Origin: Lama guanicoe
Taxonomy: Eukaryota
Direction: 5' to 3'
Length of the DNA stretch: 64,000 nt
NCBI GenBank assembly: GCA_013239625.1
Contig: MU054187.1
Span: 7,203,757 to 7,267,756, forward strand
In this document: positions 52,995-64,000 of the stretch, in pieces
How positions within the stretch are numbered: the first letter of the stretch is position 1
Layout of the letters: the number at the start of each line of letters is the position of its first letter
Program-made: the position numbers and the translations under genes
Notes under the pieces: model-generated
Told to the model about the DNA's origin: nothing
The model's input: only the letters and a program-made list of their open reading frames with translations
Database searches by the model: none

Positions 52995-53805
52995 CCCCTC
53001 CGAAGGACATCTTGGTTGCTTCCAAGTTTGGACAGTTATGAATAAAGCTGATATAAATATCCATGCACAGGTTTTTGTGTGGATGCAGGTTTTCAACTCC
53101 TTTTGGCAAATTCCCAAAGTACAAATGTGATTGCTGGATCAAATGTTAAGAATATGTCTCATTTTGTAGGAAACTGCCAAACTGTTTCCAAAGTGCACCA
53201 TTTTGCATTCCCACCAGCGATGAAGAAAAATTCCTGTTGCTTCATGTCCTTCTCATTACTTGGTTGTCAGAGTTCTGGATTTTGGCCGTTCTAAGAGATG
53301 TGTAGTGGGAGCTCACTGTGGTTTTAATTTGAAATTCCCTGATGACATATACTGCTGACTATCTTTTTATGTGCTTATTTGCCAATCATGTTTCTTCTTT
53401 TGTGAGATGCCTGTTCAGGTCTTTGGCCCATTTTTCAATAAGACTGCTCATTTTTATATCACTGAGTTTTAAGGGTTCTTTGTACACATTGGATAATGGT
53501 TCTTTATCGGATCTGTCTTGGGCAAATTTTTCTCAACAAGTCTAAAGAAATATTTTCTTTACAAGTCTATAATTTGTCTACTCATTCTCTTGACAGTGTC
53601 TTTTACAGAAGAGAACATCTTAATCTTAATGAAACTCATCTTATTATTTCTCTAATGGGCTGTGCCTTTGAGATTCTATCTACTAAGACATTACTATATC
53701 CGAGGTCACCTAAGTTTTCTTCTATAGTATCATCTAGGAGTTTTATAGTTTTGTGTTTTACACTTAAGTCCATGACCTATTTTGAGTTAATTTTTGTATA
53801 GAGTG

Positions 53806-53839
<34 letters not shown>

Positions 53840-54015
53840 TGAATTTTTTTACATTTGGATGTCCAGTTGTTCCAAAACCAACTGTTGAAAACACTGTCTT
53901 TGCTCCATTGTGTTACCTTTGCTCCCTTGTCAAACATCAGTTGACCATATTATGTGAATCTATTTCTGGGCTCTCCATTCTGTTCCACTGGATCTATTTG
54001 TCTGTTGTTTTGCCA
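52995..54015 (-). mobile_element. Older L1 ORF2 3' fragment (L1M-like)
   Basis: GGACATCTTGGTTGCTTCCAAGTTTGG, CATTTTGCATTCCCACCAGC and TCTATTTCTGGGCTCTCCATTCTGTTCCACTG. Paralogous to, but diverged from, the adjacent young L1. Confidence 0.85.
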
Positions 54016-54021
54016 AGCTAG

Positions 54022-56539
54022 GTTTTTTTTGTTTTCCTTTCTGTTTTATTTATTTATTTTTTAACATTTTTTATTGATTTATAATCATTTCACAATATTG
54101 TATCAAATTCCAGTGTAGAGCACAATTTTTCAGTTATACATGAACATATATATATATTCCTTGTCACATTTTTTTCTCTGTGAGCTACCATAAGATCTTG
54201 TGTATATTTCCCTGTGCTATACGGTATAATCTTGTTTATCAATTCTACAGTTTTGAAATCCCAGCCTATCCCTTCCCACCCTCCACCCCCTTGGCAACCA
54301 CAAGCTTGTATACTATGTCTGTGAGTCTGTTTCTGTTTTGTATTTATGGTTTGTTTGTGTTTTTTTGTTGTTTTTTTTTTTAGATTCCACATATGAGCGA
54401 TCTCATATGGTATTTTTCTTTTTCTTTCTGGCTTGCTTCACTGAGAATGACATTCTCCAGGAGCATCCATGTTGCTACAAATAGTGTTATATTGTCGGGT
54501 TATATGGCTGAGTAATATTCCACTGTATAAATATACCACCTCTTCTTTATCCAGTCATCTGTTGATGGACATTTAGGCTGTTTCCATGTCTTGGCTATTG
54601 TAAATAGTGCTGCTATGAACATTGGGGTGCAGGTTCCATCCTGAAGTAGGGTTCCTTCTGGATATATGCCCAGGAGCGGGATTCCTGGGTCATATGGTAG
54701 GTCTATTCCTAGTCTTTTAAAGAATCTCCATACTGTTTTCCACAGTGGCTTCACCAAACTGCATTCCCACCAGCAATGTAGGAGGGTTCCCCTTTCTCCA
54801 CAGCCTCTCCAGCATTTGTCGTTTGCGGATTTTTGAATGATGGCCATTCTGACTGGTGTGAGGTGATACCTCACTGTAGTTTCAATTTGCATTTCTCTGA
54901 TAATTAGTGATATTGAGCATTTTTCATGTGCCTATTGATCATTTGTATGTCTTCCTTGGAGAATTGCTTGTTTAGGTCTTTTGCCCATTTTTGGATTGCA
55001 TTGTTTGGTTGTTTCTTATTAAGTTGTATGAGCTGCTTATATATTCTGGAGATCAAGCCTTTGTCAGTTTCATTTGCAAAAATTTTCTCCCATTCCGTAG
55101 GTTGTCTTTTTGTTTTACTTATGGTTTCCTTTGCTGTGCAGAAGCTTGTAAGTTTCATTAGGTCCCATTTGTTTATTCTTGCTTTTATTTCTATTGCTTG
55201 AGTAGACTGTTCTAGGAGAACATTTTTGAGATGTATGTCAGATAATGTTTTGCCTATATTTTCTTCTAGGAGGTTTATTGTATCTTGCCTTATGTTTAAG
55301 TCTTTGATCCATTTTGAGTTTATTTTTGTGTATGGTGTAAGGGAGTGTTCTAGCTTCATTGCTTTACATGCTGCTGTCCAGTTTTCCCAACACCATTTGC
55401 TGAAGAGACTGTCTTTATTCCATTGTATATTCTTGCCTCCTTTGTCGAAGATTAGTTGCCCAAAAGTTTGTGGGTTCGTTTCTGGGCTCTCTATTCTCCA
55501 TTGGTTTATATGTCTGTTTTTGTACCAATACCATGCTGTCTTGATGACTGTAGCTCTGTAGTATTGTCTGAAGTCTGGGAGAGTTATTCCTCCAGCCTCT
55601 TTCTTTCTCTTCAGTAATGCTTTGGCAATTCTAGGTTCTTGATGGTTCCATATAAATTTTATTATGATTTGTTCTAGTTCTGTGAAATATGTCCTGGGTA
55701 ATTTGATAGGGATTGCATTAAATCTGTAGATTGCCTTGGGCCATGTGACCATTTTAACAACATTGACTCTTCCAATCCAAGAGCATGGGATATCTTTCCA
55801 TTTTTTAAAATCTTCTTTAATTTCCTTCATCAATGGTTTATAGTTTTCCATGTATAATTCTTTCACCTCCTTGGTTAGATTTATTCCCAGATATTTTATT
55901 ACTTTGGGTGCTATTTTAAAGGGGATTGTTTCTTTACTTTTTTTTTCTGTTGATTCATCATTAATGTAAAGAAATGCAACTGATTTTTGAACGTTAATCT
56001 TGTAACCTGCTACCTTGCTGAATTCTTTGATCAGCTCTAGTAGCTTTTGTGTGGGCCTTTTAGGGTTTTCTATATATAGTAACATGTCGTCAGCATATAG
56101 TGACACTTTTACCTCTTCTTTTCCAATTTGGATCCCTTTTATTTCTCTCTCTTGCCTGATTGCTGTGGCTAGGACTTCCAAGACTATGTTGAATAGGAGT
56201 GGTGATAGCGGGCAGCCTTGTCTTGTCCCAGATTTTAGTGGGAAGCTTTTGAGTTTTTCACCATTGAGTACTCTGCTGGCTGTAGGTTTGTCATATATAG
56301 CTTTTATGATGTTGAGATATGTTCCCTCTATACCCATTTTGGTGAGAGTTTTTATCATAAATACAAACTTTTATCAAATGCTTTTTCTGCATCTATTGAG
56401 ATGATCATGTGGTTTTTGTCCTTTCTCTTATTGATGTGATGTATTACATTGACTGATTTGCATACGTTGAACCACCCTTGTGTCCCTGGGATGAACCCCA
56501 CTTGGTCATGATGTATAATCTTTTTTATGTGTTGCTGGA
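54022..56539 (-). mobile_element. Young lineage-specific 5'-truncated L1 (ORF2 RT to 3'UTR, ~2.5 kb)
   Basis: The 484-aa ORF 54904-56358 is L1 ORF2 RT ([14 protein letters not shown]). ORF 54500-54892 is the Cys-rich C-terminus. The poly(T) tail starts at ~54022. Exact 14-bp TSD TTTTGCCAAGCTAG at 54008-54021 and 56540-56553. Confidence 0.97.
54380..56539 (-). pseudogene. Disrupted L1 ORF2 (reverse transcriptase and C-terminal domain), non-functional
   Basis: No endonuclease domain because of 5' truncation. Frame break near 56365, a 1-nt loss in an A-run near 54922 (MKN instead of MKKC), and a premature TAA at 54500-54502 ahead of the likely native stop at 54380-54382. Confidence 0.88.
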
Positions 56540-56985
56540 TTTTGCCAAGCTAGTTTTGAAGAATCCTTCTTATCTTTTTTTGCACTCATCCAAACTATAT
56601 TCAATATTTTAGCATGAATTTATCAGACAAGTGTGGTGTGCTAGCAATGAACTGGGACAAAGCTGCACAGAAAAATAAGATAAAGTGACTATGAGATAAA
56701 AATTTTAAATCCTCTTATACATTAAAAGAGGTCCTTCAAAGGACTACCAAGATAATGCGGTATATGAAGGTGATGAACTAGGGCTGCAGAGAGTAAATCC
56801 TGTGATTCTATCTAGGAGAGAGCCATCACTTCCTACTGGTAAAATCTAACCATGATTGAGCTCTGATATGCACTTTTGTATAAATAATTTTTTAATGATT
56901 AAAAAGTAAAGAGGGAGAATTTGTTTTGGTTCTTGGAAATTAAGCAAAACAGCTAACATGGTATGTCATTGAGAAACTCTGATAT

Positions 56986-57748
56986 TGTGATTGATAAGAA
57001 ATATGTATTTGGTCATCCGCATTTTGGGCACAGAGCTCCTAAAACTCAGAATTTCCTAAGTGATGAGAGTGATAAAAGTGTCTTTTATTATGTTATGAGG
57101 CAATTTTGGACTGCACCTGAGGAAGGGTTGCTTGCAAGGAGAGCCAGCCATGTGATTCGAGAACTAGAACTTTCAGTCCCAACCCCAGACCTCCAAGGTT
57201 GGGGGAGGTTGGAGGTTGAAAAAAAAATCACCAATAGCAATGTTTTCATCAATCTTGCCTATATGATGAAGCTTCCACATAACCCCCCAAAAGTGGGATT
57301 CAGAACGCTTCCAGGTTTTTTTTACACGTTGTGATTTAGGGAGAGTGGAAACCGGAAGCAGCATGGAAGTTCCATGCCCTTTCCCCATGCCTTACCACCT
57401 ACGTCTCTTCCATCTGGCTGCATTGGAGTTGTAGCCTTTTCTAATAAACCAATAATCTAGTGAGTAAAGTATTTCTCTGAATTCTGTGAGCTGCACCAGC
57501 CAAATAACCAAACCCCAGGAAGGGGTCATTGGAACCTCCAGTGTAGAGCTAGTTGGTCAGAAGCCCAAATAATGACTTGGACTTGCAACTGGCATCTGAA
57601 GGTAGGGGACGGGGGTGTCTTGTGGGCTCTGATGTTATCTCCAGGTAGATACATCAGAATTGAATTGATTTGAAGGACACTCAGCTGATGTTGGAGAATT
57701 GCTTAGTGGTGTGGGGGAAAACCCAGTCATGGAATTGGTACCAGAATT
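56986..57748 (+). mobile_element. ERVL solo LTR (MER21-like)
   Basis: TGTGATTGATAAGAAATATGTATTTGGTC...CACAGAGCTCCTAAAAC, CCATGTGATTCGAG, AATAAA at ~57443, TTTCTCTGAATTCTGTGAGC and GGTGTGGGGGAAAACCC. Confidence 0.82.
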
Positions 57749-59280
57749 CTTGGAGACTCAAAATAGACATGACATGAAATTTCGGGGACATCCAAGTTGT
57801 GCTCAGGAAGCTTTCATGGCAAAGTGCTTGGAATCAACCCTGAGACATGGCCAGGAGTCAGAGAGGAGCACTTGGGAGCAAAATCTGACACTGGTGTGAG
57901 TGTGGGGTGACATTTAATCAGGTCTGGGCTTGAAAAGAGAGAAAATGCATCTTATTAATATTTCCAGTTTCATCTTGAGAAACCACAATGGAGTGGCATA
58001 ATGAAAACTAAAATAATTTTGTTTCCTTCACTAAGAATTTGGTTGAAATTAATATGCACTGTATATTCGCCTTCCCAATTTAAGTGTGATATGTTTTGGT
58101 GGGTGTAAGAATAATTTATTTCAAACATGTTCTTCAGTTGAATACATCTTCAGCTTAGCTGACAGTTCTGTCGGAATCCACATTATCCTTCTTGAATCCA
58201 TTGATCTGAAGCAGCATTAAAGTGTTTTAATAACCCCTCCCAGAGGGATAGCAGGCCAGTGTTACTAAAGTTTTAAAAACACTGCCCTTCGAAGGGGATT
58301 ATTGAAATATGTTTAAGTTCAGAGAGCAAGTAAGTGTACTGACCACCGAACAGATCTTTAGCCAATGAGCATCGATAGTTCTATGTCTCTGATTTTCCCT
58401 TTGTTATCTAACTTGCACAACAATGAAGAGAGAGGTCCTGCAGGTGTTTCCTCACTCAAGTCCTCCGCCTACACGCAGGATGCAGGTGAAAACTGGCCAT
58501 TCAGACCGTTTCTTCCTTTCAGCTGATGTGTGTTCCACAAGCTGTTTTCTGATTCATTGGAAGGTAATTTCTCTGCCCACAAGTGTTTCATTTCTGCCTG
58601 TGCCTCTTGGACGATAGTGCAGAAGAAACAAGCAGGTCTGAAATGTATTCAAGGCAGTTATCATTCCAGTTGGGTTTCCTTCCACTCTGCCTGCAGCTCC
58701 CTGAAGCTGTCCCTGCTCCCCGCACATACATGTTTGCACACTCACCACGGAGTGAGACGGGATTTGAGGTTCCCTTCCCGGCAGGGCTGACCTGCTCACC
58801 CAGAATGGAAGTGCGTGCCACTGTTCTGGGGTGTGTGGTCTGTCCATCACGTCGCTACTCTCATCACTAGACAAAGCCCTTCTCTGCTGCTAGTTAACAT
58901 GCCATCTTACATCCTCTGTCCCTTTAAGATCATTGGATGGCTTTATCCCTTTAATAGTTTATCCTTTGAAGACCACCAGATGGCTGTGATATTACTTTTT
59001 AATGCCAATGAGGCATCTGAGACCATCTGAAAGGGAGCAATGTGGAAGAACATGGTGACACTGGACCCTTCTGGAGGCCAACGAGCAGAGGAGAGGGGAA
59101 GTGGGGGACAAATTGAGCCAGTTTGACTTCACTGTTAACTATTGAAATACTATCCCTGTTAAGTCTTTGAAAAAGAGACAAAATTCCTTCCTTATTTGGC
59201 AGTTTGCATGGTGACTTAGCTTTTACTAAAATGCAAATAAAATTTCTATAAAAGCCATGGTTTCAGCCTCAGGCACACCA

Positions 59281-59392
59281 CCCCCTCTCTCCCTCCTTCT
59301 CTTTCTCTTTCTCTCCATCTCATCTTTCTGCTCCTTCTTCCTCCTCTTCTTCCTCTTCCTCTTCCCTTCCCCTCCCTTTCTCCTTCCATCTT
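59281..59392. repeat. Polypyrimidine (CT-rich) low-complexity tract
   Basis: About 110 bp of almost pure C/T. Confidence 0.85.
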
Positions 59393-61103
59393 CACACAGA
59401 AATATTCTTAACTGAATGAAGTAGCAGAGAAAGGATGTCAGGAAAGTGCAGGTTGAAAACAGTTTGAGAATCTATCCATAAATGGAATAAGGCTTAAAAT
59501 CCTTCTATTCGCAGGATTAAAACTATAGTGAAAGCAAAAATAACAAGACTAGGACAGACGAACATGTGTGAGGAAAAGGCTACAGCAGATTCCATAAGTG
59601 GCTTTTATCCATTTTAACAAGGATTTAATATATTTTAGTGGTTCTTTGTTACACAATCATTTAATTACTTTTCTGACAAGAGACATCTCTAGGTATCATG
59701 TAAGGTAAAACTTTTCAGAATTTTTTTTAAAAAAAGGGGGGGGGGAAGCAGCACTGTACTCAAGATAACATTATTTCACGGTCAGAGCCTTACATAGAAA
59801 GGTTAACATTTCAGACGACATCTGTAAAATCTCTTTCCAAATCCGCTTCCTTTCCGGCCCTAGATTAATTTCACTTCACATCAGCACCTTCGGGGAGGCT
59901 GGCAGGCATTTTAAAAACTATCATCATATTAACTGATGTGAGAAGCTGTTTCTTGAACTAATGAAGTGTGAATAAGATTTATCTTCACACTTTCCAGGCT
60001 GTGGTTATTTGCCCCTTGTTGAGATGCTCAAATTATATGCTTGAAAATATAGATACAAATACACTGTCAAAGAAAATAAACAAAGCCAGGTTTGTCACTC
60101 TAATTCAAGTGAAAATAAATTTAAACGTGAAGGAAGGAAATCTTAAAGATTATGAGCGAAAGATGCTCTCATGGCAAAATCCTGGTTTCATTTGGTAAAA
60201 AGAACATTTAGGTACCAACTTATTCATATATATATATATAAAATATATGTATATATTCATATATAGAGAGTCTTCTATTAGCTTCCAGAAATACATAAAG
60301 AATGGTACCACTCCCTCCAGGAGTCTGTCGTTAATTTGGGAAGCTGAGACACACAGGCATAAAACAGTAGAGAAATGGTAATAAGGTGTATTGGGCAGTG
60401 ATACCTAGTTCTGCAGGCCAGTTACCCGACTTACAAAATATAGGGGGGAACCTCTAACACCCAGTAGATGCCAGTCCAGCTTTAAAATGTACATTGGCGT
60501 AAACAGTTGGCTTAGTAAGAAGATAAATTGTGTGACTATTTCAGGCAGGAGCGGGCGATCCGCGCTGGGCTCTTGTACAGGTGGGACATAGTTCTAGGTG
60601 TGCCTGAGGCGTGACTCTCCAGACAAACACAGACACTTGCAAAGGTCTGCACCGACTTCTGTGCTCAGGTCAGCTCACTCACGCCCCCTCCCCACTCCTG
60701 CTCTCGGGCCGCATTTTCAGGGTCCCGCATGCCCAGAGGATCAGGGGCAAGACTCACTCACATAGCTCAGAGGCCAGGCAGCGGGGTGTGGGGACCCCCG
60801 GACATCTGAGGCCGCTCTGTTTGGAAGAGCAGCAGCAGCTGTTCAGGTGGAGCTGATTGTAGACACGCAGGACTTCAGGACCAATTGTTTCAAGGAAAAA
60901 CTAAAAATTTTAAATTTTTTGTGGCATCTTCCAAAATAATCTTTTTGGCAACCATCTTAACATCTTAAAGAAGCATACCTGTGGGCGGGATGTAGATAAA
61001 GGACACTGGTTCGTGGGATTTCCTCTCGGGATTCATTGCGGCCGGGAGAAGTCAGGGAGAGCCTGTGACATTTACTGTGCAGTATGAGTTACTCCCTGAA
61101 TGA

Positions 61104-61141
61104 GTGTGTGTGTGTGTGTGTGTGTGAGTATGTGTGTGTGT
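61104..61141. repeat. (TG)n microsatellite
   Basis: TG run with one interruption. Confidence 0.92.
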
Positions 61142-62431
61142 ACACAAAGATATATACAACTGGGGAAAATAAAAATGGAGACAGCCATCCCAGACACTGG
61201 AAAAATCCGTGATTAAAGCGTTGGAAGGAAGAGAAAGTAAGGAATGTCTGGACAAAGAGAGGAGAACTTTTCCCCAACTAGAGGAGAAAGAAGGTTGACT
61301 TTGTCATAAAAAACAAAGCCCTGAAAAGTAAGTGGAGGTGTCTGTGTAAGCAGAAGATTTTTTAATGATCTTGATTAATTGCATTTTGATCATACATAAA
61401 GATCTGTGCCTTCTAGGATATTTCCCATAAAACGACGCTCCCACGGATAATCCAGCACTGCGTTAGATAAAATTGTGTCAACATCCAACAAACAAAGACA
61501 CATTAAGAATCACTTCTTCCTTAGCCCTTTACTCACTTGTTATCAGTCATAAATATGAATTCAAAGTCTTGGAGATATGATTTTAGTGGCAAAAATCCTG
61601 GAGCTTTTAATTATTTGGGTAGTGATCCTGACACAAAATTCTACAGAAGACAAGATAGAAAATCAGAGCTGAGTGTCAGTTATGCATGCTAATTTCCATT
61701 CATGTACAAAAATCTGATTAAATTCATAAAATGCAGCTGGATCCACCTTCACCTTTAATGAAAAGAAAATACCATTCAAAGGGTGTGAAAACAGGGATGG
61801 AAAATTTGCAGTATGTTTTTCTTGAACACTCAAGAAGTCAAGTCTCTTACATTTCTATTGTTTCTGTTTCACTTGTTTGTTTTTTGTTTATGTTTTTTGT
61901 TATTATTTATTTACACTTTTTGTTGTTATTATCTTCTTGAAACGGGAACTCTAAAAAGGACAGAAGGGAGTACTATAAAATTTAAATTTTCCTCCTGGCC
62001 CCTGATAAATCTGGGTGTGTCAGTTCTCCTCCCAAGAGGCAACAGCCAATATCAGTTCTGTGGATAATCGTCCAGAGATATTGCGTGTACACAGTACCAG
62101 CTCATAATCGAATTTAGCTACCAGTAATAGAAAGCCCAAATAATAATTATCTAGAAGGTAGAGATTTGTTTTACTGTCACCTAAGAAGGATCTGGAAGCA
62201 GGCACAGCAGACATGTAATGGTAGCTCCATGGTCATCAGAGAATCTCTTTTAATATTTCTTCCTCATCCTTCTTGGGATGCAGTTTTCATTCCGAAAGTC
62301 ACCTCATGATCACAAAGTGGTAGCTAGAGTGAAATCTATCACATCAGCATTCTAGCCAAGAAAGAAGAACAAAAAGATGTGCTTCCCAGCAGTCAGCTCT
62401 CTTTAAAGAGCTTTCCAGAAAGTTCCACATG

Positions 62432-63262
62432 TAGTAGTTCCCCCTAATCCTGGGGGCGTAAGTTCCAGGACCCCCGGTGGATGCCTGAAACTGCAGATAG
62501 ACCAAACCCCGTACATGTGGTTCCGTGTTTTCTCCTGCACATATATGCCTATGATAACATTCATTTTATAAATAAGGCACAGTAACAGATTAACAACCAC
62601 GATAATAAATGAGCAATTAAAACAATATATTGTAATAAAAGTTATGTGACTGTAGTCTCTCTCTCTCAAAATATCTTATTGTATAAAATCACGCCTTTTC
62701 CACCTGAACTAAACCCTCACCACACGCTGTGACCATAACTTTCGCAGTTTGAGGCGCGACAGTGAAACCAGCACGAACTCCCTGCCCCTTCTTCACAGTC
62801 TCACAGGAAGACGTGGAGACGTGTCTCACCCCGGATCCCAGCAACCTCAGCGTGGCTTTTCTTTTTCTTTCCTTAAGTCAAGAACTTTCACCTCTTCACT
62901 TAAAGGGAGCATTTCACCGCTTCCCTTGGGCATGTTCGTATCGCCAACGTCACGACTGTTGCATTTTACAGCCATTAGTAATAAAATAAGGGTTACTTGA
63001 GCACAAACACTGCAGTCAGGGGACAGTCAATCTGACAAGGAGTTGGCTTCTAAACGACTAACGGGCAGGACACCCGCTGGACAAGGAAGGATTCACGTCC
63101 TGGGCGGGTCGAAGTGGGACGGCGTGAGATTTCACCTCGCTACTCAAAACTTATAACTTACAGATTGTTTATTTCTGGAATTTTCCATCTAATATTTTCG
63201 GTCTGTAGTTGACCGAGGGTAACTGAAACCGCAGAGAAACCACGGACCCAGAGGAGTTACCG
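62432..63262. mobile_element. TcMar-Tigger element (MER44-like)
   Basis: AGTAGTTCCCCCTAATCC...GACCCCCGGTGGATGCCTGAAAC, GGCACAGTAACAGATTAACAAC, GTAATAAAAGTTATGTG and GGTAACTGAAACCGC near the other end. Confidence 0.85.
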
Positions 63263-63744
63263 TCCTGACACATTGACTCCTTCTTGTGCCGTCAGTCGGC
63301 ATTCTTGGTTCTTTTGCTCTAATCTCAATACATTTCTGAGACTGTATCATCTCCCTGAAGCCAGATCCTGGCCCCTTTGCTCTCTTGAGTCAGTGACTGG
63401 AGGCAGGATCAGAGCTGATGTTGACCATTTCCTGAAGTTTGTCTTGGAGTCAGCCTTTCCCCCTCAGGTCCCAGGCGGATCTTTCCCACCCTCAGTCTGT
63501 GCCAAGCCTGGATTGTCCCAGCTCATTGTCTTTTACCCAAGGGCAAGTCGACATAACACTTGCACAAGACCATGCTGCTAATGTCAAAGAGTCGCTCGTG
63601 GCCGAGCCCCACCCTTGACCCAGCCTTTCGGTCCGCTGTCACCATAGCAAGCACTGCTTCTAGGCACTGGGGCTGCTGAAGTCCAGAGGCAGCTAAGTGG
63701 CACTGGAGGAATGGATGGAGATGGGGGAGGCCGCAGAACTTAAC

Positions 63745-64000
63745 ACTCACAGTCTAGTTGGAGCATAATGTCGACTCTCTGTGAGTTCGGATGGATAAAA
63801 AGGCCATTAGATTTGACAAAATGTAGACTGCTAACCTTTAAAAGAGCAATCTCAGCAGAAAAATGGGGCCTGAAGCCAAATCACAGTGAATTAAGGAAGG
63901 AATGAAAAGCAGAGGAAAGGAGGCAGCTGATAACAACATTCGTTTCAGACATTTGTGGGCGGAAGGAAGGAGCTGTGAGACATCACAGAATCAAGTGACA
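63745..64000 (-). mobile_element. L2 fragment
   Basis: GGCCATTAGATTTGACAA...AAGAGCAATCTCAG...GAAGCCAAATCACAGTGAATTAAG. Confidence 0.6.

Noticed and set aside
54904..56358. Reverse transcriptase ORF as a possible novel or domesticated gene
   Set aside because: It is ordinary L1 ORF2 inside a truncated, frameshifted element with a poly(A) tail and TSD.
58973..58986. CTCF-like motif CCACCAGATGGCTG (weaker ones near 40373 and 51125)
   Set aside because: Imperfect matches of this quality are expected by chance in 64 kb and cannot be supported without ChIP or conservation data.

Overview
Mammalian nuclear DNA, most likely camelid (alpaca, vicuna or camel), judged from four tRNA-derived Vic-1-type SINEs. 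The window holds one internal coding exon of NKAIN3 (+ strand, 3236-3433, 198 nt, phase 0-0). Before it lies the end of the preceding intron; after it lie about 60 kb of the following very long intron. I found no further NKAIN3 exon. The rest is typical intron content: a young 5'-truncated L1 (54022-56539, minus strand, 14-bp TSD), older L1/L2/MIR fragments, MaLR and ERVL LTRs, Tigger and hAT DNA-transposon fossils, and microsatellites. Nearly all ORFs in the supplied track are spurious. I see no evidence of a new multi-gene system. The most notable structures are a probable L1 3' transduction (704-1079), a ~148-bp tandem duplication with lopsided divergence that contains a tiny retro-insertion (45553-45848), a nested double palindrome (27221-27258), a probable L1 insertion-associated deletion with filler DNA (17.5-18.0 kb) and a probable decayed ERV-L pro/pol relic (40.4-41.5 kb). 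Repeat subfamily names were recognised by eye from memory, not from database searches, and repeat boundaries are approximate.
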